A DNA stretch of 63,238 nt, filler included, from Salisapilia sapeloensis CBS 127946 (Eukaryota > Protista > Oomycota): NCBI GenBank assembly GCA_023334545.1. It is 10 parts of 10 records of this genome, joined end to end, with 100 filler letters (N's around TTAATTAATTAA, not from the genome) between each part and the next. Parts side by side here need not be neighbours in the genome. Positions count along the whole stretch, not along the records: positions 29,029 to 36,310 come from JAADVB010000522.1; positions 36,411 to 43,673 come from JAADVB010000523.1; positions 43,774 to 47,747 come from JAADVB010000705.1; 7 more parts are not named here. The stretch is one strand, 5' to 3'. The first letter of the stretch is position 1, and each line of letters starts with the position of its first letter. Below are positions 33,292 through 43,931 of this stretch, piece by piece. The translations under genes were made by a program, and so were the position numbers. The notes beneath the pieces are model-generated. The model made no database searches. It had not been told where the DNA came from and saw only the letters and a list, made by a program, of their open reading frames with translations.

Positions 33292-36200
33292 ATGCTTTTA
33301 CGTGCTGTCCTACTGGTTGTTGGTGGCGTATCTATTTTGGTATCGTTGACCTCCGCCAAAACTGCCAATCCACTTGATTATCCTGCTTGCCCTCAAGCGA
33401 ATGATCCGGAGTACTATTGTTGTGAGTACTCGGAGACGAGCAAGTATGTCTACACGATGTATAAACGTCCGAGTGGTGGACCGTGGGCGGACCAATTCGA
33501 AGACGGATGGAAAGAAAGCCGCCAAGTGAACTACCCGTACACCAAGTACACACCTGACACACCCCACATGGATTACTCGGATCCAAAGACAATCTGCCGA
33601 GTAAAAGATGTCGTCGAGGATACTGAAACCGGCGAGCTGTCCCAGTATCTCGCTTGCACGAATGAGAATGACACTCTCTTCGCAGACTCCCAAATTACCG
33701 ACATCTTCTTGACTTACGAAGCCAATCTTCGAAATAACAATGCTTCCTTCCCGGTTGGTGCTATCTGCTACAGTCTAATGCTCGACGATGGCACGGTCGA
33801 TGACGAAGCACAGGCCAACTGCACTTCGGTCACCGTGCCTACTACGTACCAGTTTAAGACGTATGGTGAAAGCAAGCTGCTGCTTGTCTACTTCCTGTAC
33901 CTGGCGAACTTCGTACTCATCTTCCTCTGGTGGTCTTTCAAGAAGAATCGGGAATCAAAGCAGAAATCTGGAGCTGAAAGTGATGTGTTTAAGAAACTTA
34001 TGAACGAGCGTGGTGGGCCTCAGACACCTAAAAAGTCGATCGCTGGGTATCCCGACGGAAGGCGTTCTCAAGTGCGCCAGTCTGACACGGAACTCATTGC
34101 AAACAACGAAGACATCGACCAAACTGGCTACAAGCAGAGCATGTTTGGAACCTTCGTGCTTGCGTACTTCATGCTAGCAACCGTTGGTCTCTCGGTACTG
34201 TTGATCATCATTACCGCCGACTACTACGATGCTTTCACGCCCGCACTCTTCGACCCGACCGGACCTCTTGTCTTAGCCTTCTTCCTTGTCTGGCTCTGCA
34301 CGGCTGTTTGGTACTCTATCCTCGTGACAATTCAAGCCGATGTCGTCAACTTCTTCCGCCTGCATGTCAGTCTGTACACTTGCGACTATGTCCACATGGT
34401 CCATCAAGAGGAGGCCGAGATCATGCTCGTGGACAAATCTGGCGTGTCGGATCTCGTAGCCAAGGTACAGAACTGGTTTGCTCCCAGGTCCAGATCCAAA
34501 GGGTATGCTGAGACCGTGCCTGTGCAGCACATCGATGACATGCGTCTAGTGGAGTTCCAAAACCTGCGATTCATCTTCGATGAGGGTGAGGAGCGATTCG
34601 TGCCCGGCGTTGTCGCGCTCGGTCGCACTTTCAGCGACATCCTGAACGAATCCGCTGGCTTGACGGAATCCGAAGCCGAGAAGCGGTACAACACGATCGG
34701 GTCGAACACTGTTAAGGTCAAGATGCCGTCTATGGGCGAGTCGCTCGTGCAGGAGTTCTTTACGCTCTTCTACATCTACCAGGTCATGTGCTACTTCGTC
34801 TGGTACTACTTTGACTACTGGAACCTCGGCATCGTCATGACCGTAGTCATCCTGCTCTCAGCTGTCATCAACATCTACACCCAGCGCCAGATGCAAGGCT
34901 CTATCGTCGAAATGACGAGCTATATCACGCAAGTGACCGTCTACCGCGATGGCACGTGGAAGGCGCTGGATTCACCGCAGGTCGTTCCGGGTGACCTTGT
35001 CAGCGTGTCGGAGAACTGGGAGCTTCCGTGCGACATGGTCATTATCAAGGGATCTACCGTTTGCGACGAATCGATGCTCACAGGTGAGTCGATGCCGGTG
35101 CAAAAGTTCCCGATTCCGGAAAACAGCAGCGAGATTTATGACGATGCTGGCGCCGGCAAGAAGCACACGCTCTTTGCTGGCACCCGTGTGCTTTCTTCCG
35201 GACGTAATGAACAGATCCACGCTCTGGTGCAGACTACAGGAGCGCACACTTCCAAGGGTCAACTGGTCCAGTCCATCCTGTTCCCCATGTCAATGCGCTT
35301 CAAGTACGACGAGCACCTCAAAGTCATGATCGTCGGCCTCCTCTGCTATGGCGCCGTCGCCTGTGTGCTCGGGATCAACTTCCTGACGAGCAACGGTAAC
35401 CTCTCCAACAAGATGACCGCCTTCTGCTACTGCGTCTTCCTCATCTCCGCCGTCGTCAGTCCCCTGCTCCCAGTGGTCATCACTGTCGGACAGGTGAATG
35501 CCGCCAAGCGCCTGGAAAAAGTCGGCGTCTTCTCCTTGAACACCCAGCGGATCACGCTCTGTGGCAAAGTTCGTATCTTCTGCTTCGACAAGACCGGCAC
35601 GCTGACAAAGCAGGGCCTCGACTTCCTCGGTGTCCAGCCTGTGGAGAATGGCGCATTCCTTCCGGTGGTCACCCAGGTCGCTGAACATTCGGACCTGTCG
35701 GCCATTATGCAGTTCGCTTGCGCTACGTGCCACTCCGTGGGGTCGCTCGATGACCGGTACGTCGGCAACGAGGTGGAAGTCCAGATGTTGCGTGCCACTG
35801 GGTGGGAACTCGTGGAGGAGGAAGGCGAGAAGCCGTACGTGAAGGGCAGCAAGGATCCGAACACGCAGCTCGAGTTCCTGAAGCGATACGACTTTGACCA
35901 CCATCGCATGTCCATGAGCGTCGTGGTGAAGAACCGCAAGACGAACAGACGCTACGTCTTCTGCAAGGGCTCGTACGAGAAGATGCAGCAGCTGTGCTTA
36001 CGCTCGACCGTGCCGTCCGACTACAAGGCCGTGGCAGACGGTCTCGCGCGGAACGGGTGCTACCTTCTCGGCATTGCCTACCGCGAGCTGCCAGCGGACT
36101 GGACGGACGAAAGGGTGCTCGACTTTGTGCACGACCGAGACGCCGTGGACGAAGAGCTTTCGCTCCTCGGTCTCATCATGTTCCGCAACGAGCTCAAGCC

Positions 36201-36310
36201 GGACACGGCCGACGCCATCAAGGCGCTCAAGGAAGGCGACACGCGCACCGTCATGATCACAGGCGACAACGCCATGTGCGGCTGCTACATCGCTCGGGAG
36301 AGCGGCATGA
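33292..36310 (+). CDS. P5-type (ATP13A-like) P-type ATPase with a signal peptide and Cys-rich N-terminal ectodomain; 3' part lost in gap 3
   Basis: VVPGDL, CDESMLTGES, SPLLP, FCFDKTGTLT, FDHHRMSMSV, CKGSYE, LLGLIMFRNELK and MITGDN. Confidence 0.92.
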
Positions 36311-36410
36311 NNNNNNNNNNNNNNNNNNNNNNNNNNNNNNNNNNNNNNNNNNNNTTAATTAATTAANNNNNNNNNNNNNNNNNNNNNNNNNNNNNNNNNN
36401 NNNNNNNNNN
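36311..36410. other. Assembly gap spacer 3
   Basis: Same 100-nt linker. Confidence 0.97.
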
Positions 36411-36551
36411 TGGCTCACTTCCGCCGTTGGAACAATTGATAGTAGACAGAACTCGTGTGATCAAATACAAATAAACATGTAGTCTGTATAATCCTTTAAT
36501 CGTGTTCATGGCACTTAAGCACCAACATTAGAAGGTATTGACTCTGAATCT
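36411..36551 (+). repeat. Inverted repeat A, left copy (141 bp, runs into gap 3)
   Basis: Exact reverse complement of 43533-43673, compared base by base. Confidence 0.95.
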
Positions 36552-36759
36552 ACAGCCCAAGCATACGCTGCGTAGCTTGTACAATGTATAAATAGCTGAA
36601 CATGGAGAGGGATTGAATTTCTTCTTTGTCATAACTACTGGTAATTCTAGATGTACAAACTCATTTCGTGCTTCTTTGATTGTATTTGGATGTGATAATC
36701 ACATCCGATGTGAAGAGCTAAAAGCTAGACAGTTCAGACAGTTCAGACGGGAGGAACAT

Positions 36760-38680
36760 GTGAAAGTGACAAGATTGAAACAAGTGGCCGGACGACATAT
36801 CCATTGGGAGGTTATGTCTTCCGTCTTTGTGGCTGTTGTTGACAGATCTATTTCGACAAGCTCTCGATGCAGTCATTGACAAAACCGTGCGTACGTGAGG
36901 CTTATATTTAATTTGAAAAGCTAGAATCTGCATAGCAGACACTTGAATGAAACAGGCGAGTTTGGTGTTGTGAACCGAGGGGAGAAGCTGTGAAAACGGA
37001 TGGCAGGTACATTTGTGGACTGATAATACAGCTTGCTTATTTGTGGCTATTGCGATAAGATCTACTTCGATGCGATCTCGCGACAGTGCTTGGCGAGAAC
37101 GTGATGATCCTAACCGTAATAGCTTGGTATAAGGTTGATAGCCAACACTTGCGTGAGCGGGATGTCGAGTGTCATTCAGAAGCCGGAAATAAGACTGAAA
37201 AGAATAGCTGGCTGGCGCGGCCATGGAGAAGATGTGGCTTGGTTGATCGTATCAATACTTGGTGGACTAAATCGACGGGTTTGCGGCGTAGTGCTTGGCA
37301 AGACTGCATACGTGACGCTCATACCCGACGTGATCAGCTAGAAGATTGATATCAGACACTTCGATGGGAAAGGGCCGTGTGGTGGTAGCATGTGGAGAGA
37401 TTGCTCTGCTGGCGAGGACATGAAGAGGGTGTAGCTTGCTCCATTATGTTCATTCTTGGTGAATCTCATGTAATGGATTCGTGGCGCATGGCTTGGCGAC
37501 ACTGATTATGTGACAGTCATCCTTCTTGTGATCAGTTACGAGTCTGCTCGCAGGCATTTAAACTGGATGAACGTGTCATGCCAGCAAGACCCTGGAAGCA
37601 TGAGTCAAAAGAGCGGATAACCGGCGTGGTCGGAGACAGTATGGCTTGCTTCGTTGTGTCTATTGTTGGAATCCATATACGAACTCATGACGTAGTGCTT
37701 GGCGGCACTATGAATATAAAGCGTTCATAGTAAGCTTCAAGCGCTGGAAAGTTTCTCGCAGACGTTTAGATGGGAGAGGGGCATGTAGTGGAAACATGCC
37801 GCGTTGGTCAGCTTGGAAAGCGGACGGCAGGTGCCCGCATGGACAAATAATGCGGCTTGATTCGTTACGGTTACTGCTGAAAGATCTACTTTGATGGCGT
37901 CGTGTGTTGATGCTTGGCGAGACGTTGACTCCGCGGCGACCATGGCCGACGTGACGAGCTAGAAGCTTATTAGCAGACACTTAAATAGGCGGGCATGGGA
38001 TGCGAATGAGTCTTGTGATAAGGATGGAAGGAGCGTATGGACGGTATGGTCGCGGATCGGAGGTGGATTGCTCCATGATGTCGATCCTTAACGGACCCCA
38101 TGCGACGAATCTGTGGCGCATGGCATGGCGAGGATGTAAGCACTTGATGATCATATCCGATGTGACCAGGTGGAAGCCTACTCTCAGACGTTTGAATCGG
38201 AGACGCCTCCATTGACAGCGAGACACGAGGGCGAAGATTGGGAGGTATGGTCGGCCGGCATGCATGGGGAGAAGATTGGTGTACTCCTTTGTGTCGATTG
38301 TGGGTGGATCTCGTACCAGAGATTTGTGTCGCAGTGTTTGGCAAGGATTTATATGTGAACGGTGTGGTAGACGCGATGACGAAGGAGCGTGCTAGCAGAC
38401 ACTTGGATGGGCGAACGTGTCGGACGTCAGTGGGCTGCGGTAGCGAGATCGGGAGGAACGGGCAGCCGGCGTGATCATGAAGAAGATGTGGCTTGGTCTG
38501 TTGTGCTGATTGCTGATGGATCTGCTTCGACGGGCTCGCAACACAGTGGTGGAGGACGTGGCTCACGTGGCGATCATGCCCGACGTGACTTGCGAGGAGT
38601 TTGATAACAGGTACTTGGATGGTGCGAGTGTCTGATGCTAGCGAGACACGTGGAATGGCTAGGAAAGAGTGGATGGCAGA
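36760..38680. repeat. Degenerate tandem array of about nine ~210-bp units
   Basis: An anchor motif (tag/tcg)cagac(a/g)(c/t)tt..atgg recurs at ~36933, 37139, 37350, 37548, 37756, 37971, 38182, 38393 and 38605 (spacing 198-215). A second motif, gcttggc(g/a)a, and a third, agatcta, recur with the same period. Confidence 0.8.
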
Positions 38681-39745
38681 CAGGATTAAGTCGTCCTTGT
38701 CGAGAGTGGGGACATGACGATGCCTAGTACGAATATGAGTCCTTTCCGAAAGGAATGAAGGAAATGCGAGTCAAGTCAGCACGGCGAGCCCGCATCCATT
38801 GAAACAATCAGGAGCGATTTCAGAGTTGAGTATTCGTTTATAAGGGCGTATGTGGCCTCGGAGGAGGGGGCTTTTGTAAGATGCTTGCTGGATTACAGCA
38901 AAGGTTACAACCTCGAGTAGCGACTGGGTGCTGGAAGAAGAAATAACAATAACTTGGCATTTGCAAGCGTTAAAAAGCGTGGTGCTGGCTACGATTGTCT
39001 TTTTATGAAAAGAAGCATGAATGGGATATGAGAGTGACGAGGAAAAGAGCCAAGACCAAGAGCTAAATCATGTAAAAACAACGATTACAAGCGGAGCGTC
39101 TTGCCAAGGTATCGAAGCTCGTAGAAGCCGGTAGACACTCGTGGTCATTTATCGTATTTCATTTTGTTAGTATCGATCGTATAGGCTCTAATACGACGAG
39201 TGGTAGTCTTGCTTTGGAGTATATTCATTGCATATGCAATGAAACAATATATGAAGTTAAGCTACTCGGGTCTCGCTAGCCTACTTCACCTGTTTCGAAC
39301 GGAACTGAACGCTCTCTAGCGGGCGAGCGATTGCCGTGTACCTTATCATCAGATGTGCCGAGATCGTCGTATAGAATAGGTGTACATAACTCGATCTTAT
39401 AATGTAGAGGCTTGGTTGAAACGACCGTAACAACCAGCACGAGCCCCACAACCAGGACGACCCTCACGATATAGACATGCAGTCAAAATATCTGATGCGT
39501 TTCTATAGCACATTGATTTCCGCCAATGAGTAGCCGCAATGGTCACTTTTCTTCCATGGAAAAACATGAAAAAAGCCAATCCAAGGTAACTAGGACTGTC
39601 GTCGTGATCGTGCTTGTAAATTGGGTCTACCGACTAGCTTCCGGGACTAGCAGCTCCTTTACAATAGTGAAATCTAGTGAGTCGCACAGCCGGGACGCAC
39701 GGGAAGCACAACCACGAGCGACCTCATAAAATCAGAAGTTAAGAG

Positions 39746-41053
39746 ATGGAGCAAGACTTGATGCGCGGCAGCCAAAACTCGACGCCCTCGAGCGCGTCCC
39801 CCGACGAAAACACGCAGAATTCACCATCGCTTAACACCACGCAGGGCCCCACCACTCGCTCGCGCCGTCAAAACAACAGCGATGAGAGTCTCAATGGGAG
39901 CAGCAGCGACAAGGAGGATGGTGGCAGCGGCAGCGGCAGCGGGAGTGGTGGCAGCGGCAGCGCCAAACCTTCCTCCAACACCACCACTACAACCGGCGAC
40001 GCGAACTCTCCGGGCTCGTCCTCGTACGAGCAAAGCGGCTCCAACTCCGGCTTGACGCCGTCTCAACCGTCTGTTCCATCCACTGTGCCGGAAGCGAACG
40101 CGACACGCGCAGGTGGAAAGAAGCGATCGCGCTATTTGAAGCAGTCCGATCGGCGGAATATCATCCGTAGACTTCAGTCAGGAGAGAGGCAATCGGATCT
40201 CGCACGCGAGTACGGCGTCACGAGAGCTGCGATTTGCCACATAAACAAAAATCGGGCTGAAATTCTCTCCCGATCATTACGTTCTGAGATGGAGGTGACT
40301 GGCACACGCTTTGGGAACGATGCCTTTGTGATTACCAATCCGACACACTCGACGGAAGCGAATGAAATGTATCCAACTGTCTTGGAAGTGCGATCGCCTA
40401 CCATGACAGTGCTCTTGACTGCACTACGGAACAAGGAGTCTTCCTGCAGTCTCTTTCGTAACGCTGTCGATCGAGCGACACGATTGTTACTGGAAGAAGC
40501 CTTGGCCTGCAGTGCGACGAAGACGGTGAAGATCGTGACGGCCAGCGATATCCTGTGTGAAGGTATGGCGCCAACACAACGTTCGTTCGGTATATCCATG
40601 AGCGAGGCGGGTTTCATCATGCTTGAGTCGTTCCGGGCCATCCAACCAGATAGCCCGACTGGCTTCATCACGCTTGAGGATAGCACGGGGCGACATGGCG
40701 AACAGAAGCCGATGCTGAAACGCGTGTGCGCTCCTCCGAATCTCGGTCTCTTGGACGTCTTTCTCCTGGAAGCGACGCTAACGTCCGGCTTGCACGCTCT
40801 GACGTCCATCCAGGCCCTGTTGGACTTTGGTGCAAAGGAAACGTCTGTCATCCTCGTGTGCATCGCACTGAGTGCGAGCGCTGCGCAAGAGATCTTACGG
40901 CAATTCCCAAACGTCCGTATCGTCACGGCCAGTGTCGATCCGGCTGTGAATGACTCGAATATGCTTTGTCCTGGTATCGGCGACTTCCTCGAACGATACT
41001 TTAACATGACAGTCGTCCAGCACAATGGTGTCGGACTTAGTGTCGACCTATAA
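39746..41053 (+). CDS. Fusion of a Psq/CENP-B-type helix-turn-helix and a uracil-phosphoribosyltransferase-like domain, after a Ser/Gly/Thr-rich N-terminus
   Basis: HTH: RRNIIRRLQSGERQSDLAREYGVTRAAICHINKNR. UPRT-like part: LLTALRNKESSCSLFRNAVDRATRLLLEEAL ... FPNVRIVTASVD ... CPGIGDFLERYF. Confidence 0.85.
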   Translation: MEQDLMRGSQNSTPSSASPDENTQNSPSLNTTQGPTTRSRRQNNSDESLNGSSSDKEDGGSGSGSGSGGSGSAKPSSNTTTTTGDANSPGSSSYEQSGSNSGLTPSQPSVPSTVPEANATRAGGKKRSRYLKQSDRRNIIRRLQSGERQSDLAREYGVTRAAICHINKNRAEILSRSLRSEMEVTGTRFGNDAFVITNPTHSTEANEMYPTVLEVRSPTMTVLLTALRNKESSCSLFRNAVDRATRLLLEEALACSATKTVKIVTASDILCEGMAPTQRSFGISMSEAGFIMLESFRAIQPDSPTGFITLEDSTGRHGEQKPMLKRVCAPPNLGLLDVFLLEATLTSGLHALTSIQALLDFGAKETSVILVCIALSASAAQEILRQFPNVRIVTASVDPAVNDSNMLCPGIGDFLERYFNMTVVQHNGVGLSVDL

Positions 41054-41250
41054 GCCACGAGAGGCGAATGTATTCGGGAGATGAACGCCGTGCACGACAA
41101 AAAAGATTAATAATTTCATTCGTATGCAATCAAAGTACTTGCATTTCAATTGCTTCTTCTTGTCTACGAAAAGTTGGTCCACTGGATGATGGTACACGTG
41201 CAATGCGCCTCCTTTTTGCATGTCATTATCGTCCACCCGATTGTCCACGT

Positions 41251-43182
41251 CTAGCTATTTCCTTCGACCTTGGTCTTCTTTGTAGCCGGTTCATCCGCAT
41301 CCTCCTTCACGACTTCTGTCTCAGTAGAGGGAATGTAGATCTTGATGCCTGATAGCAAGTAGCCGCTGCAAGCGTTCATGTTCATATCCGGGTGGGTACG
41401 ACCTGGCAGCACTTGATACGCCCTTGTCCACGTCTCATTCAGCTGCAGATCGATCACATCCTCTCTTGCCTGTAGCGTCTTGAACGCCTTGGTCAATGGC
41501 TACAATCCACATGTTAGACGTCTACACGCGTGTCTACTTTGCTTTCCAAGATCTGTACCTCTAGATATTCACAATACGCAACAAAAGGCTTCGATGTGCC
41601 GAGGAGTGGTAGGAAGCGTTCAAGAAGTGCAGTCGGGTCGAACTGTGTGGCAGTGACAAGTGCATCGGAAGGCTGGCGCAACCAGTTGCGAATGACATGG
41701 GACGGCTGTTTAACGGCCTTGTTCGCTTTCTTCCGCTCTTTCTTCTCAGCATACTTTTGCTGTTCCTCTGGCGTAAAGTGTCTCGCTCTTTCGGCCTGCA
41801 AAGCCTTACGTTGCTCTGGCGTAAGTCCATCGCGCGGACCAGAAGGCTCTTCCACAATGTCTTCTTCTCGCTACGCACAACGTCTGCATGTCAGTAGTTT
41901 TATGCGAAGAGGGTGATCGAGGGAAGTACCTTGGACAGGAGCTGAAGATCCTTGTACTGGAAGAAGTGGATCGACTCGAGTGTCTTCTTGTCTGGGGTAA
42001 AGGTAAGTAGTGTCCAACTAAAAGTGCAGAAAGGGAAGATACCAAAGTTGAGGCGGCGAAGCGTGTCGACAGCAGGCTGTTGGCCTTGATACGCAGCGAG
42101 GATGCGACCGTTACCGGCCTGACGTTCGGCAATGGCTCCAGTGACGAGACCCATGGTGGTGTCAGCGACTAGCACCTGCGCTGTGGCGTGGATGTTGGCG
42201 TAGACGAGCATCTGTCCAAGCGAATCCTCTCGAAGGTTGCTATTCGATGCAAGGTGAGTGTCATGTCATGAGGATAGGAATCGTCTAGAAGAGAGCGTAC
42301 AGGATTTTGCCAGGGTTCTTAATACGATAGGTACGGCACAAGGTGTCGGCTGTCGAGCGCAGGAAGCGTACACGAGGCATGTACTTTTGCTGCTTCTTTT
42401 TAAGATACTTTTGCTTGGAGAACTCTGTTTTGGCCGTCCATGTTTCACTGTTGGCGACGAGCTGACTGATGATCTCTTCGCCAGTTGCACCTTGTTCTCG
42501 CAGCTCACCAATGGCAGAGGAAGAGAGCTTCTGAGCAGAGTTCGTGTCTGTGTATGCACGGTTGTCACTAGCGACATCTCCGACTTCACCCACTTCTACA
42601 TACACGACAGAGAAGGGTAAGTATGTCTATGTTTGCTTGGCAGAGTCATTCCAAGGGTTGGAATGGATGCATGGCGGATGCTGCGTTTGTAGATTACGTA
42701 CCGGGGGCGACAGGGTCTGGGAATAAACCACCGGTGACCTGGACTAGCTTATTGCCCTGGACTTCAAATATCGTCCTACATGGGAACTTGCGTTAGTACT
42801 GAATGAAGTGTAAAAATCGCTCTATGTTTATGACATGAAAGCATTCTTACCCGAACGAACTTCCGATGACAGGAGCGACGGACAGCATTTTTTTACCAGC
42901 ACGAATACTCGCACTAGATCATTGTATTTAGAATATAAGTATTTGATAATCTGTGTTTGTATCACAAACGTACCCGTCACGTTTAATCTCCTGGAAAAAT
43001 ATGCGACCGTCACTAGCCTCGCAAATGACCGTATCACCCTCGTAGATCACATTTGGATGCCGTTCTTCCGAGTCAGAAGATGCCACTGCCACTGGTCCAT
43101 TGGATGCATCATTTTTGTCGTCCTGATCATTGTTCAGAGAGTCATTGGAAGTAACCGGAGCTCCTACTGCTGCTGTAGACAT
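41251..43182 (-). CDS. TRM6: tRNA (adenine-58-N1)-methyltransferase non-catalytic subunit Trm6/Gcd10, multi-exon
   Basis: VIYEGDTVI, DNRAYTDTNSAQKLSSSAIGELREQGATGEEIISQLVANSETWTAKTEFSKQKYLKKKQQKY, QVLVADTTMGLVTGAIAER, WTRAYQVLPGRTHPDMNMNACSGYLLSGIK. Confidence 0.92.
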
Positions 43183-43532
43183 GCTTTGGTGCGAGTTTGT
43201 CCGCTATTGTGTCCAGTCACGGATGTTCAGCCAATCGTATACTTCTAGACTACTTTTTAGCCAATCCTAGTACTTGTCAATAGATCTTGAAGCATAGGAT
43301 AGTCATTGAGATAGAGCGCTCGATTCGATCGTGTTGACAAGCAAGACTAGCGGAAGCAAGGTAATAGTTAAGATGCTATGCCACCACAAAAGTAGTCGGT
43401 AATATTCCAGCAATCGTATTCATCAGCTTTGCGCTTATTTTTGACGTTTACTGATTATCTGAAGGGCTTAGAACAAAGACTCTTGAGATGCGGTACTGAC
43501 GCCATTTTTCGAACAGAAAAGTATCCGAGCTG

Positions 43533-43673
43533 AGATTCAGAGTCAATACCTTCTAATGTTGGTGCTTAAGTGCCATGAACACGATTAAAGGATTATACAG
43601 ACTACATGTTTATTTGTATTTGATCACACGAGTTCTGTCTACTATCAATTGTTCCAACGGCGGAAGTGAGCCA
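43533..43673 (-). repeat. Inverted repeat A, right copy (141 bp, runs into gap 4)
   Basis: Exact reverse complement of 36411-36551. Confidence 0.95.
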
Positions 43674-43773
43674 NNNNNNNNNNNNNNNNNNNNNNNNNNN
43701 NNNNNNNNNNNNNNNNNTTAATTAATTAANNNNNNNNNNNNNNNNNNNNNNNNNNNNNNNNNNNNNNNNNNNN
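43674..43773. other. Assembly gap spacer 4
   Basis: Same 100-nt linker. Confidence 0.97.
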
Positions 43774-43931
43774 CTACTTGAAATAATGATGACCATGAAG
43801 GGATCACTTTGGGTGTTCTGGTTTGGACAAGTCTTGAAATACCAACGTTTGAATCTGTAACCTTTGATGTGGAAGTCCGTGAGTTTATTTTTAGATGTTT
43901 TCTCTTTTAAGGTGCCGATCGATACGCAGGC

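Noticed and set aside
36760-38680. CRISPR-like repeat-spacer interpretation of the ~210-bp array
   Set aside because: The anchors are degenerate, similarity extends across whole units, the host is eukaryotic and there are no cas genes.
39917-39965. GGCAGC microsatellite-like run
   Set aside because: It encodes a Gly/Ser low-complexity linker inside the HTH-UPRT ORF.
40174-41100. 308-aa ORF antisense to the HTH-UPRT gene
   Set aside because: Shadow ORF of a GC-rich coding strand with no recognisable motifs.
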